Shown here: in pieces, positions 1 through 9,299 of the stretch
How positions within the stretch are numbered: position 1 is the first letter of the stretch
Layout: every line of letters starts with the position of its first letter
NCBI GenBank assembly: GCA_026004395.1
Contig: BPJB01000001.1
Span: 649,226 to 713,225 of the forward strand
DNA length: 64,000 nucleotides
Direction of reading: 5' to 3'
Source of the DNA: Patescibacteria group bacterium
GTDB taxonomy: Bacteria > Patescibacteriota > Microgenomatia > Levybacterales > UBA12049
Position numbers and translations under genes: made by a program
The notes under the pieces: model-generated
The model's input: the letters and a program-made list of their open reading frames with translations, nothing else
Database searches by the model: none
Told to the model about the DNA's origin: nothing

Positions 1-357
1 GTAAAAAATATTTATGGATATTGAGCTTATCTGAGGGAATTGCAGTGAAAAGAGAAGGCAGAAAAGTTAATGGAATAGGATTATTTGAATTTATACGTCA
101 ACAAAGAAATTAAGTTATCCATTTTTCATTCGTGTTCTTTTCCTTTCCCATTTCAAACTTTTTAACAATCCATAGATATCTAAAAAATCATTTTAATAAG
201 TAAGTTGCATAAAAATGTCTTCAAATTATTATTCTTTAAGATCAGTTTCGCTGAATAAGACTTGCGGAGAAATTAAAAATAAAGTACAATATAATAGGAT
301 TTAGAACCAAATCAGAAGATACTGCAAAATTATTGTAATTATTTTTTTAAAAAGCAT

Positions 358-522
358 ATGCCACAAGAACCAAAGAAAAGACATTCTAGACAACGACAAG
401 GCAAAAGACGATCAAGTATAAAACTTAGTATTCCCAATACCGCACATCGTCTTGCTAAATTTTATAAGATGCTTGAGAAAGATAAGGCAGGATGGACAAA
501 AGGAAGTAATGAAAACGCCTAA
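358..522 (+). CDS. rpmF: 50S ribosomal protein L32 (bL32), 54 aa; below the ORF-track length cutoff
   Basis: ATG at 358 translates to MPQEPKKRHSRQRQGKRRSSIKLSIPN..., matching the conserved bL32 N-terminus ([23 protein letters not shown] pattern). It ends TAA at 520-522, immediately 5' of nusB. Confidence 0.55.
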   Translation: MPQEPKKRHSRQRQGKRRSSIKLSIPNTAHRLAKFYKMLEKDKAGWTKGSNENA

Positions 523-880
523 TGATCCTCGCCACATCAGAAGACAAAAAATTGTACAGGAACTTTTTAAATATAATTTTTTTCCTCAACCAGTCAGTGA
601 TCGTGCTAATTTGATTCTAAAACATAAAGCATTTCTGGATGAAAAAATTCAAAAAGCTGCACCAGAATTTCCAATAGAAAAAATAAATAAAGTTGACCTT
701 GCGATACTTAGACAGGCTGTTTTTGAACTTTTGGTTGAGAAAAAAGAACCTCCCAATGTGATCATAGATGAAGCAATAGAATTGGGTAAAGAATTTGGAG
801 GAGAATCAAGCCCTGCATTTATTAATGGGGCTTTAGGAAATATTATTAGCCATGAAAAAATTGCCGCAAATAACAAATAA
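509..880 (+). CDS. nusB: Transcription antitermination factor NusB
   Basis: NusB-like N-terminus RRQKIVQELF and conserved C-terminal region. The likely start is the ATG at 509, preceded by AAGGAAG, rather than the ORF-track start at 452. Confidence 0.75.
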   Translation: MKTPNDPRHIRRQKIVQELFKYNFFPQPVSDRANLILKHKAFLDEKIQKAAPEFPIEKINKVDLAILRQAVFELLVEKKEPPNVIIDEAIELGKEFGGESSPAFINGALGNIISHEKIAANNK

Positions 881-1517
881 AACTTTGCTGGAACAAGCTT
901 TTACACATCGGTCGTATCTGAATGAAGCGAAAGAACCTACTGAATCAAATGAACGTCTTGAATTTCTGGGAGATAGCATTATCTCATTTATCGTATCTGA
1001 ACATCTTTATAAAAATTACAAAGAGTTTGATGAAGGAGTACTCACAAATCTCAGATCACTTCTTGTAAATACTAAAAGCCTTGCACAGGCAGCGCGAGAA
1101 CTTAAATTTGGAGAAAAATTACGACTTTCAAAAGGTGAAGAGGAATCAAGAGGTCGTGAAAATGATACGCTTTTGGCAAATAGTTTTGAGGCTTTTATTG
1201 GAGCATTATATCTTGATCAAGGAATAGATGTTGTAAGAAAGTTTATTGCTGATATTCTTTTCTCCAAAATTGATGAATATGTACAAAGAAAAGCATTTAA
1301 AGATCCTAAAAGCTTACTGCAAGAATACGTTCAAGCAAGAAAACAGAGCTCGCCTATTTATAAGGTTTTACATGAAGAAGGTCCTCCTCATGCAAAAATA
1401 TTTACTGTTGGAGTTTTTGTAAATAATGAACTGCTTGGAGAAGGGGTGGGAAAATCTAAACAAGAAGCTGAGGAAAAAGCGGCACAAATTGCACTAAAAA
1501 AATTAGAAAATCAATAA
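852..1517 (+). CDS. rnc: Ribonuclease III
   Basis: RNase III signature ERLEFLGDS plus a C-terminal dsRBD. Overlaps the 3' end of nusB. Confidence 0.9.
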   Translation: MKKLPQITNKTLLEQAFTHRSYLNEAKEPTESNERLEFLGDSIISFIVSEHLYKNYKEFDEGVLTNLRSLLVNTKSLAQAARELKFGEKLRLSKGEEESRGRENDTLLANSFEAFIGALYLDQGIDVVRKFIADILFSKIDEYVQRKAFKDPKSLLQEYVQARKQSSPIYKVLHEEGPPHAKIFTVGVFVNNELLGEGVGKSKQEAEEKAAQIALKKLENQ

Positions 1518-1530
1518 TGCTCTTGCATAC

Positions 1531-1559
1531 TTGAGAAGAAATAATAATCATGGTACAAT
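1531..1559 (+). promoter_or_regulatory. Sigma70-like promoter candidate for the rpsP operon
   Basis: -35 TTGAGA at 1531-1536, a 17-nt spacer, and an extended -10 TGgTACAAT at 1551-1559. Confidence 0.35.
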
Positions 1560-1632
1560 ATGACAACGAAAGTATTGAAATTTCACTTAATAATTGAGAA
1601 ATTCTCTTTTAAGTGTCAACAATAAATATCTT

Positions 1633-1863
1633 ATGGCAGTAGTTATTCGATTAACCAGAACAGGAAAAAAAGGAGAAAGAAAGTTCCGTGTCGTTGTTAA
1701 AGAGAAAAGAAGCAGACGCGATGGCGATGCTATTGAAATTTTGGGGTGGTATGAAAAAGGTCCTCAACAAGGAAAAAAACATATTAATATGGAAAGATAC
1801 AAATATTGGATTTCTCAAGGAGCTATCCCTTCACCAACTGTTGCTAAACTAGTCGAAGCATGA
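1633..1863 (+). CDS. rpsP: 30S ribosomal protein S16
   Basis: MAVVIRLTRTGKKGERKFRVVV... is a canonical bS16 start. The internal ATG at 1633 is preferred over the ORF start at 1594. Confidence 0.9.
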   Translation: MAVVIRLTRTGKKGERKFRVVVKEKRSRRDGDAIEILGWYEKGPQQGKKHINMERYKYWISQGAIPSPTVAKLVEA

Positions 1864-2102
1864 AAGATACACTCTCATTTATAGTAAAATCTATCGTTGA
1901 TCACCCTGATTCAGTTTCAGTAGAGGAAAGAGAAGAAAATGGAATAACTATCCTTACTGTCTCAGTTGCCAAAGATGATATGGGTAAAGTTATTGGAAAA
2001 GAGGGTAAAGTTATTCGCAGCATTCGCAATATTATGAAAGTTAAAGCAATGAAACACAATAAAAGAATTACAGTAACACTAGCTGAGAACGAAAAACCCT
2101 AG
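1860..2102 (+). CDS. KH-domain RNA-binding protein (UPF0109/YlqC-like)
   Basis: VIGKEGKVIRSIR GxxG KH motif. It sits in the conserved position between rpsP and trmD, with an ATGA start/stop overlap with rpsP. Confidence 0.75.
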   Translation: MKDTLSFIVKSIVDHPDSVSVEEREENGITILTVSVAKDDMGKVIGKEGKVIRSIRNIMKVKAMKHNKRITVTLAENEKP

Positions 2103-2137
2103 TCCCCTCTATAACATTTGTTACAATAATAAAAAAT

Positions 2138-2854
2138 ATGAAAATTTCTATTCTCACACTCTTCCCAGAGATGTTTTCTGGTCCATTTGATGCATCCATA
2201 ATTAAAAAAGCCCGTGAACGAAATTTAGTAGATATACGCCTTATTAATATTCGAGATTTTGGTATTGGTAAGCATCATCTAGTAGACGATACACCCTATG
2301 GTGGAGGAGTAGGAATGGTAATGCGTGTAGATGTTCTTCATAAAGCAATACAGAAAGCTAAAGACCCCCAAATTCCTGAAGAAAAAGAAAAAGTTATTTT
2401 ATTAACACCAGATGGAACTCTTTACACGCAAAGGGTGGCTGAATCTTTTGCTCAATTTAAACATCTTATTCTTGTTTGCGGACATTATGAGGGAATAGAT
2501 GAACGAATAAAAGCCTTTGTTGATTACGAGATTTCCATAGGTGATTTTATTTTAACGGGAGGAGAGATACCTGCAATGGCAATAACTGATTCTGTTGTAA
2601 GACTTATTCCAGGAGTATTTAAGACTGGTGTAACAGAAAGCGAATCATTTTCTCTTCGAGGTGAAGGTGGTAAAATACTCCTTGAGTATCCACTGTATAC
2701 CAAACCTGCAGAGTATCTTGGTATGAAAGTACCTGATATTCTTTTGGGAGGAGACCATGCAAAAATAAAAGAGTGGAGATACGAACAAGCTCTTAAAAAA
2801 ACAAGACAAAAACGACCAGATCTTCTTCAGAAAGGAGTTAATTCAGCTGATTGA
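2138..2854 (+). CDS. trmD: tRNA (guanine37-N1)-methyltransferase TrmD
   Basis: N-terminus MKISILTLFPEMF and SPOUT-fold motifs such as GGGVGMVM. Confidence 0.9.
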   Translation: MKISILTLFPEMFSGPFDASIIKKARERNLVDIRLINIRDFGIGKHHLVDDTPYGGGVGMVMRVDVLHKAIQKAKDPQIPEEKEKVILLTPDGTLYTQRVAESFAQFKHLILVCGHYEGIDERIKAFVDYEISIGDFILTGGEIPAMAITDSVVRLIPGVFKTGVTESESFSLRGEGGKILLEYPLYTKPAEYLGMKVPDILLGGDHAKIKEWRYEQALKKTRQKRPDLLQKGVNSAD

Positions 2855-3537
2855 GAACTTGCAGGTCTTATAGCTTGTCTCGATGCTCTCCATTCTTCAA
2901 GCGTCTTAAGAAGTAGGAGATGATTTCCGCTTATACTCTTTATTGGCTGGACATATGATAACTGAATCTGCTCTGGTGCAATTTTATAAAAATAAATAAG
3001 ACTTACAGAACTTCCTCCTTTGGTATAGCTCGCTTTGATTACTTCTGCCAACGGAACTTTCTCATAAATTTCCTTTAAAAACTCCTCAATTCTTGCCAAT
3101 TCACCAATAAGTGAAAGTTGTATAGAGATTGCCGTCTGAGGTGATAGCTGGGCTGATTTGGTAGAAAGATCTCCAACTTGAAAAGAGAAATCATTTAAAA
3201 CCACTCCTGATTTAAGAGTTGCCGTATTGATAGCCTCAAGAATTCCAACAAAATCTTTTTCATACGGTAGTGCTGACTTGACAATATCAAATTGTTTGGA
3301 AAGAACATTATCTGAAGTAGAAGTCAACAAGCTTTGATTAGACTTCAAAATTGCTATTCTTGATCTTGTAGCATTAACTTCAGATTGAAGAGAGAACCAA
3401 CTTTGAATTTGTGGAAATACAATGAAAATAATAAGCCCAGCACTTACTAAAAAAATTACACCAATCACTCCAAGAGAAAACCAAAGCGAATCTTTATATC
3501 GGTAATAATACATCAAAAGTTGAGCTGAATTTTTCAT
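2827..3537 (-). CDS. pilO: Type IV pilus assembly protein PilO-like
   Basis: Single N-terminal transmembrane helix and a periplasmic coiled region. Sits downstream of pilM and pilN in an operon. Confidence 0.55.
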   Translation of the reverse strand: MKNSAQLLMYYYRYKDSLWFSLGVIGVIFLVSAGLIIFIVFPQIQSWFSLQSEVNATRSRIAILKSNQSLLTSTSDNVLSKQFDIVKSALPYEKDFVGILEAINTATLKSGVVLNDFSFQVGDLSTKSAQLSPQTAISIQLSLIGELARIEEFLKEIYEKVPLAEVIKASYTKGGSSVSLIYFYKIAPEQIQLSYVQPIKSISGNHLLLLKTLEEWRASRQAIRPASSQSAELTPF

Positions 3538-3549
3538 AACTGCTATCCT

Positions 3550-4083
3550 TCAGAGAAATTCAACTATAAATTCTGCTTGATAAAAATTTTTGCTAGTACC
3601 AAATGAATTCATAAATATACGTGCAACTCTTTTGTCTTCTTTTCCTATTCTGTTTAAGCTTTCAATATAAGCGCCTATGCTTGCTAAGTCTTTTGTTTCT
3701 ATAGTTATCTTCAGTGTTTTTTGTTCAACCTCCAGCAATGTAATTTCTAAATCTTGGGGTATATCTTTAGTGAAGGTAATTATAAAATCTCTAAATTTTG
3801 GCCTTTTGGTTACAATCTGAGATATATCATCAAGTCTATTTACAATAAGAGTTTGTTTGGTAATTTTTTCATGTTGTCGGGAAAGTGAATCCAAAAGTGC
3901 ATTTTCTTCATTTTTAAGACGAGGAAGAGGAGAGGCTAGGATTAACAAAAACACAGAAACTGACAAAACTCCAGCAAATAACAATAAAGCTATCGCAATG
4001 AACCTTAGAAGTTTTATTTTGCGAGTGAGTGCTCCAAGTGTACCTCTCCGTTTGCTATAAAGAAAATTGATATCGTTAGTCAT
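3550..4083 (-). CDS. pilN: Type IV pilus assembly protein PilN-like
   Basis: Short cytoplasmic N-terminus with an INFLY (INLLP-like) PilM-binding motif, then one transmembrane helix. Immediately follows pilM. Confidence 0.6.
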   Translation of the reverse strand: MTNDINFLYSKRRGTLGALTRKIKLLRFIAIALLLFAGVLSVSVFLLILASPLPRLKNEENALLDSLSRQHEKITKQTLIVNRLDDISQIVTKRPKFRDFIITFTKDIPQDLEITLLEVEQKTLKITIETKDLASIGAYIESLNRIGKEDKRVARIFMNSFGTSKNFYQAEFIVEFL

Positions 4084-5104
4084 TTTCTCTTAAAGCAAGA
4101 CCGACTGCGACTGTAAATCGCGGCCCTTGTTCCATCAAAATATCAGGAACTCCACTTATCGAACGTACCTTGAAGGGATTACCAATAACAGTCTCTATAC
4201 CACAATTTTTGGCAAAATACAGAGCAAGTCCAGGAAGAAGAGATGAACCACCGCTAATAATAATTTGAGATATTGGACTATCATTTTTGTATTTCTCCGT
4301 ATAATATGCAAGAGCTTTTTTAACTTCTGTAAGCATTGCCTCCAGAATAGGGGAGAGAGCAAGGCTGATTTTTCCTCCCAAGTTTTGATCATTCAGACCA
4401 TATGTTTTTTTATATTCTTCTGCTTGAGTAAGAGCAAATCCAAAATTAGAAGCAATTGCACGATCCATAGCAAGACCACCAAGCGGAATAGTATAGGTAA
4501 AAACAAGAGTATTATTCTGGATGATAGCCAAAGATGTACTCAGTGCTCCAATATTTACAATAAGTAATGCCTTATCTGATTCCTCAGGAACTAAGGAACG
4601 TATAACAGAAATAATTTCTGTTTCGATAGCATTTATTGAAAGTCCTGTCATCTCAATAATTGTTTGATAACGCCTAACAAGATTTGTAGGAGCCCCTACC
4701 AGAAGCACTTGCATTTTAGGACTTATCTCTGACATGGATCCACGCCTTAATACCTTATAGTCAAGTGTCAATGTTGATAACTGTGCTGGAATATGTTGTT
4801 CTGCCTCCCAATATATTGCTGATGATAGCTCTTTATCTGAAAGAACAGGCATATCAATTACTTTGGTAAAGACTTGATTCTCAGGTAAAGCAAGATTGAC
4901 ATTGCGTACAGTGATCTTAGAATCAACAACCAGCTGCTGTATTGCCTGCGCCATTGCCTCCTGATCAATTGCGGACTCTGAAAGCATACCTTTTGCAGGA
5001 GTAACAGTTGTCAGACATGCCTTTAGAGATGTCACTCCCTTATTCTTATCCAACCACACAATTTTCATTGATGTTGCTCCGATATCAAGTCCAAAAGTTT
5101 TCAT
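4076..5104 (-). CDS. pilM: Type IV pilus assembly ATPase-fold protein PilM
   Basis: Actin-like fold with N-terminus GLDIGATSMKIV and C-terminal IIISGGSSLLPGL. Confidence 0.85.
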   Translation of the reverse strand: MKTFGLDIGATSMKIVWLDKNKGVTSLKACLTTVTPAKGMLSESAIDQEAMAQAIQQLVVDSKITVRNVNLALPENQVFTKVIDMPVLSDKELSSAIYWEAEQHIPAQLSTLTLDYKVLRRGSMSEISPKMQVLLVGAPTNLVRRYQTIIEMTGLSINAIETEIISVIRSLVPEESDKALLIVNIGALSTSLAIIQNNTLVFTYTIPLGGLAMDRAIASNFGFALTQAEEYKKTYGLNDQNLGGKISLALSPILEAMLTEVKKALAYYTEKYKNDSPISQIIISGGSSLLPGLALYFAKNCGIETVIGNPFKVRSISGVPDILMEQGPRFTVAVGLALREND

Positions 5105-5107
5105 AAA

Positions 5108-5929
5108 TTAGGGTGAAAAAATACCATGTGGGAAAATCTCAACAGGAAGCGTAGGATACCCTTTATAGACTGTCAGCTTCCTTTCTGTATTAGACGCAAC
5201 CCCAGTTGACTCAATAATCTGTCCTTGAGCTGGAAGAGGTTGAGTGCTGCTTATCCCAAGCCGTGTGGGAGCATAAAGAGGAACTATTCTCATAAGCAAA
5301 CCATTAGTGACCGAAATAGTGTATGAATGAGTAAACTGTTTACCACCAATTATTCCTCCTGATTGAATATTCTGAGAAAAATTATTAACTGACGCTCGTG
5401 CTGAACACGGCTCAAGCATATAGTGTGTCATGGTCAAATTTTGAGGGGAGTTAATATTCCCTGAAATAACAACTATTTGTAGTGCAGACTCTGTATTGGT
5501 AGATTCATTATTTGTACATGTATCAGAAGGTGATCCCCAATAAACAGTAACTTGTGCATTCAACGGAGAAGTGTATGTGGGATAATTAGCTAGCCAAACA
5601 TCAGCACCATCGTCTTTGGGAATAAGATTATAATTATAAACAAGAAATGAACTGCTATTTTTTGCATAGGATGTTATCTTGGCATTAAAAGAAGCATTCG
5701 TTCCCACTTCATCGCTTAATGTTAAAGATTCAGCGCTTGAGTTAATTAGCCTCTCAATACCAGCCTCAGCTGCTGAAAAGGCTTTCTGTGAATTTTCCTC
5801 CTCTTCTGTTGTTCGAAGATTTACAATACTGCGGCTGACAACTGAAAGACCGATAGTTAAGGAAACTACCATTACTAAGATAATGATAAGTAGGATCTGT
5901 CCCTTCTGATAGGATGGTGAAAAATTCAT
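5108..5929 (-). CDS. PilX-N-domain minor pilin / pilus assembly protein
   Basis: N-terminus QKGQILLIIILVMVVSLTIGLSVVSRS matches the PilX_N hydrophobic segment. The C-terminal part is Ser/Thr/Asn-rich. Confidence 0.5.
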   Translation of the reverse strand: MNFSPSYQKGQILLIIILVMVVSLTIGLSVVSRSIVNLRTTEEEENSQKAFSAAEAGIERLINSSAESLTLSDEVGTNASFNAKITSYAKNSSSFLVYNYNLIPKDDGADVWLANYPTYTSPLNAQVTVYWGSPSDTCTNNESTNTESALQIVVISGNINSPQNLTMTHYMLEPCSARASVNNFSQNIQSGGIIGGKQFTHSYTISVTNGLLMRIVPLYAPTRLGISSTQPLPAQGQIIESTGVASNTERKLTVYKGYPTLPVEIFPHGIFSP

Positions 5930-5978
5930 ACTCTCAACTTATCGTAACAAGCACATTTGCTTGTGTCAACTGAAAAGA

Positions 5979-6614
5979 CTATTCTTTCAGGTTACGCATG
6001 ATTACTGTGGACTGGAAAGAAGAAGGTGTTGTCGCATCTACAACACCGCTACTATACTTTTTACTCAAGGTAAAAGAGATTGTAATTGTTGGAAAATTGT
6101 AAAGTGAATTTTGGGTACACGTAAAAGAACATGCTGTTACTACGACAGAAGAAGTATCAACAAGAGAAGCACTATTAGAGGAAATCGTACCATTGGGAAG
6201 ACTGTTACAAGAGAATGTAGTTCGTCCAGCGTCAGGATTCTCTATTATAATTGATGATGTTGTTGCTATATATCCAGTCTCGTTAAAACAAGGAGATGGA
6301 TACTCTAAAGAACGGGCATTACGTATCATTTTTGTTATTTGCGAAAGAGCATAGTTGCCATTTTGCTGGAGGATTGTGACATTTGTACTTTTATTTGAAC
6401 CGCGCAAAGATGCCAACAACACTCCAAAAACAATTCCGCTAACTGATGCTATAACAACAATTACAGCAAGAAGTTCAACAAGAGTAAAGCCTAAATTTTG
6501 CCAACGAAAAATTTTTAGTATCCAATCTTTTATAGTCAATTTCCACTGAAAATCCACTATCTTTACTTTTGAAATTTGAGATTTAAATTTTATACTTGGT
6601 AAATTTTTAATCAT
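5979..6614 (-). CDS. Type IV prepilin-like protein (minor pilin)
   Basis: Class III signal G|FTLVELLAVIVVIA with Glu at +5. The leader in the ORF track is long and the true start is unclear. Confidence 0.65.
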   Translation of the reverse strand: MIKNLPSIKFKSQISKVKIVDFQWKLTIKDWILKIFRWQNLGFTLVELLAVIVVIASVSGIVFGVLLASLRGSNKSTNVTILQQNGNYALSQITKMIRNARSLEYPSPCFNETGYIATTSSIIIENPDAGRTTFSCNSLPNGTISSNSASLVDTSSVVVTACSFTCTQNSLYNFPTITISFTLSKKYSSGVVDATTPSSFQSTVIMRNLKE

Positions 6615-7117
6615 GGTGATTTTTTGGTTGAGTAACTAGACAAGCATGTTTCAACAGTCGTTTTATGACAATAGAGATTATTCACATTTGTACAGGTATT
6701 ATCTCGCCAAGAAACAGTTACAGAAACCTTTGATTGTGTAAGAGTGGGATCATTAGTTGCTTCCTCACAAGAAGATGCATTATGTTGAAGCGTTACTTCA
6801 CGGATGTACCTGTTAGCTACGTTTAATCCACATTCAATACCTTTTGGTCCACAACTTCCTGAATCTGTTGAAAGAGAAGTACACGTATCAGCAAAACAAT
6901 ATGTGGTATTAGGTAAAGAAAAAAATGTACTATATTTATTTTCTTTCATAGTTCGAATGCTCTCTAAAGCATCCTGTGCGTATTGTGTTGCTTGCTGTTG
7001 AGAAGTACTATGAGTGGTATTTTTAAGTGCGGTAATCACTGCTAGTGTAATTGCTGAAAGAACAGCTATGCCTATTGCCAATGCAACTAAAACTTCAATT
7101 ATTGTTTCTCCCTTCAT
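6611..7117 (-). CDS. Type IV prepilin-like protein (PilV-like minor pilin)
   Basis: MKG|ETIIEVLVALAIGIAVL prepilin motif. The C-terminal domain is Cys-containing. Confidence 0.6.
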   Translation of the reverse strand: MKGETIIEVLVALAIGIAVLSAITLAVITALKNTTHSTSQQQATQYAQDALESIRTMKENKYSTFFSLPNTTYCFADTCTSLSTDSGSCGPKGIECGLNVANRYIREVTLQHNASSCEEATNDPTLTQSKVSVTVSWRDNTCTNVNNLYCHKTTVETCLSSYSTKKSP

Positions 7118-7119
7118 AA

Positions 7120-7698
7120 TTATTCAAGACTTATTGCTCCTTGTTGAGTAACAGTTACTCTTAGAGTATTACCATATCCAGTTATACCTATACTCCCAGC
7201 ACCATCTACTCCTCCAGATAAAACTTTAAAAATATATTGTGTTGATGTCGTAGTAGCTGAATCAAATGCTACGTTAGCAGGAAGTGTTTTTGTTGACAAC
7301 TTAGATGTAAGATTACCACAACGAACGTACAACTCATAAGTATTCTGAGTATTACATAGGGAGCCTGTCAATCCACAAATTCTTACCTCGTAGCCATCAA
7401 GGGTATTAGAGTTACATGCTGCAATAGATGGTTTGAGTTGCGATTGTGTACGCGACTTAGCATCCTGTAATAGAGAGATCACATCAAATGCCGCACTTTT
7501 TACAGTCTGAATTTTATTGTAAGAAACAAAAGCTGCCAAGGAAACTGTTGAGATGATGGCAATTATTACAAATACAACTAGCAACTCAAGAAGAGTAAAT
7601 CCATTTCTATTGTCAATATCGACAATTCTATAAATAAAATCAAATCGTTTCTTAATATTTTTTAATAAACTTTTATCAGTGGACAAATTTTTCTTCAT
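7120..7698 (-). CDS. Type IV prepilin-like protein (minor pilin)
   Basis: G|FTLLELLVVFVIIAII motif. Confidence 0.65.
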   Translation of the reverse strand: MKKNLSTDKSLLKNIKKRFDFIYRIVDIDNRNGFTLLELLVVFVIIAIISTVSLAAFVSYNKIQTVKSAAFDVISLLQDAKSRTQSQLKPSIAACNSNTLDGYEVRICGLTGSLCNTQNTYELYVRCGNLTSKLSTKTLPANVAFDSATTTSTQYIFKVLSGGVDGAGSIGITGYGNTLRVTVTQQGAISLE

Positions 7699-8225
7699 GG
7701 ATTATTGAGGACATAGTATTTTCCTGATATACATGATCCACTGGCTGCAGGACTTGGAGGTGTAGTAGTAGCATTTACATCATTATCATTTGCATTCTCA
7801 AGACATGCAGCAAGAGTATACGTTGAGCCATCGGAACTACTGTAATAATAGTAGTTGCCGCCATTATACGATCCAGAACCAGATCCCAATGGATCACATG
7901 GTACTTTACTCATATAAGTAACTCCATTATAAGAAAAACTCTCTGATGTAGGACATGCAGTAAGGTTTATCCTATAGGTATCCTGTCTGATAGGATAGCG
8001 ACCATTATCTGTATGAAAAAGTTGAACAGTGGCTTGCAATTGTCTAAGATCGGCTTTGCGTTGCGCATCTCGAGCTCGTTGTCTCACTCCTACAAAATTG
8101 GTCATCAAAAAAGTAGTCAGCACTCCAATTATTGCGATAACAATCAAAAGTTCGATAAGAGTAAATCCTCTTTTGCTTTTGAAGATGTAACTGATAGTTT
8201 TTATCTCTGAAAATATTTTTTTCAT
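7695..8225 (-). CDS. Type IV pilin
   Basis: KRG|FTLIELLIVIAIIGVL motif. The C-terminus is Ser/Gly/Tyr-rich and Thr/Pro-rich. Confidence 0.75.
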   Translation of the reverse strand: MKKIFSEIKTISYIFKSKRGFTLIELLIVIAIIGVLTTFLMTNFVGVRQRARDAQRKADLRQLQATVQLFHTDNGRYPIRQDTYRINLTACPTSESFSYNGVTYMSKVPCDPLGSGSGSYNGGNYYYYSSSDGSTYTLAACLENANDNDVNATTTPPSPAASGSCISGKYYVLNNP

Positions 8226-8782
8226 GGACTATAATCTGAGCTTGTTACACCATAATTACAGATAATATTCGGATCATTATTAACACTACAGGCAGTAGAT
8301 GGAATACCAAAACGTGCTGTCATATTAAGACACGGATTGCCTTGATTACACGCATCGGGATCTTTTCCCCCTCTCTCAAGACTAGCATAGAGAGCGTATG
8401 TCTGTCTATCTGGAGTTGAGTAATATACGTATCTTCTCTCACCTGTAGGATCAGCAGGAAGAATATTCATATAGGGCTGCCATGAAGATCCCCATTCTAT
8501 CGTGTTACCACCAATACGTATTTTTCTATCTGGTGATGACTCAGGATAACTGCCATAATCATGATAATAAGCTTCAAGGCTACGTTGAATTTGTGCAAGA
8601 TCTGATTTACGTCGCGCGTCATTCGCCTTAAGATATTGATTTCTAGGATCGGTAAGTGCAATTACCCCTGCGGCAAGAATACCAAAAATTGCTGCAACCA
8701 AAATAAGTTCTATAAGGGTAAATCCTTTCTTTTGTGATAAGAAAAATGAAGTAGTCATCTTTTTATAGCTTATAACTTTCAA
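8222..8782 (-). CDS. Type IV pilin
   Basis: KKG|FTLIELILVAAIFGILAAG motif. The probable start is the internal Met at 8758 (MTTSFFLSQKKG). The C-terminal domain contains Cys residues. Confidence 0.75.
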   Translation of the reverse strand: MKVISYKKMTTSFFLSQKKGFTLIELILVAAIFGILAAGVIALTDPRNQYLKANDARRKSDLAQIQRSLEAYYHDYGSYPESSPDRKIRIGGNTIEWGSSWQPYMNILPADPTGERRYVYYSTPDRQTYALYASLERGGKDPDACNQGNPCLNMTARFGIPSTACSVNNDPNIICNYGVTSSDYSP

Positions 8783-8797
8783 AAAAAAATTTCAAAA

Positions 8798-9295
8798 CTA
8801 CTTTGAACCATCAGAAAGCCTTATAGTTGAAAGATAAGAACAATCAATATTTCCTAAAGCAATACATGCCCACTGATTAGTAAAATCTAAAGGTTTACAG
8901 GATGGAAGAGTATTCAAAATACACGCTGATGCTGGCTGAGCTTTTGATAGTTTTGTAAACAAGATGCTCCATTGAGGACAGGATCCGTTTGTCTGGTATA
9001 TAAAACATTCTGTGGGATCAGAAGTACATGCAGAGCTCTGAGGCACTTTTATCATGTAAGTTGTTACTCCCTTTTTCCATTCAGATCCGAATGGTATAGT
9101 AGTAGGATAACAATTATTATCATTGTAATAAGTATCTAGTGCTGCTTTTATTTGCTGAAGACTATTTTTTTCTTCTTCATCACCAACCTTTGCCAAGTTT
9201 TTATATGGATTTAAAATAACAAATGTTAAAAGCAGCATGCTGCTTAAAATTACTATTGATACCAAAAGTTCAATAAGTGTCAAACCCTTCATCAT
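8798..9295 (-). CDS. Type IV pilin-like protein; paralog of the next gene
   Basis: MMKG|LTLIELLVSIVIL motif. The start is set at the internal Met pair at 9295 to avoid overlap with the upstream gene. Shares the YYNDxxCYPxTIPFGSEW block with the 9300-10073 protein. Confidence 0.65.
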   Translation of the reverse strand: MMKGLTLIELLVSIVILSSMLLLTFVILNPYKNLAKVGDEEEKNSLQQIKAALDTYYNDNNCYPTTIPFGSEWKKGVTTYMIKVPQSSACTSDPTECFIYQTNGSCPQWSILFTKLSKAQPASACILNTLPSCKPLDFTNQWACIALGNIDCSYLSTIRLSDGSK

Positions 9296-9299
9296 ATTT

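Noticed and set aside
3-113. Open frame running in from the left edge (…IAVKREGRKVNGIGLFEFIRQQRN*)
   Set aside because: It could be the C-terminus of the gene preceding rpmF, but it is too short and motif-free to call.
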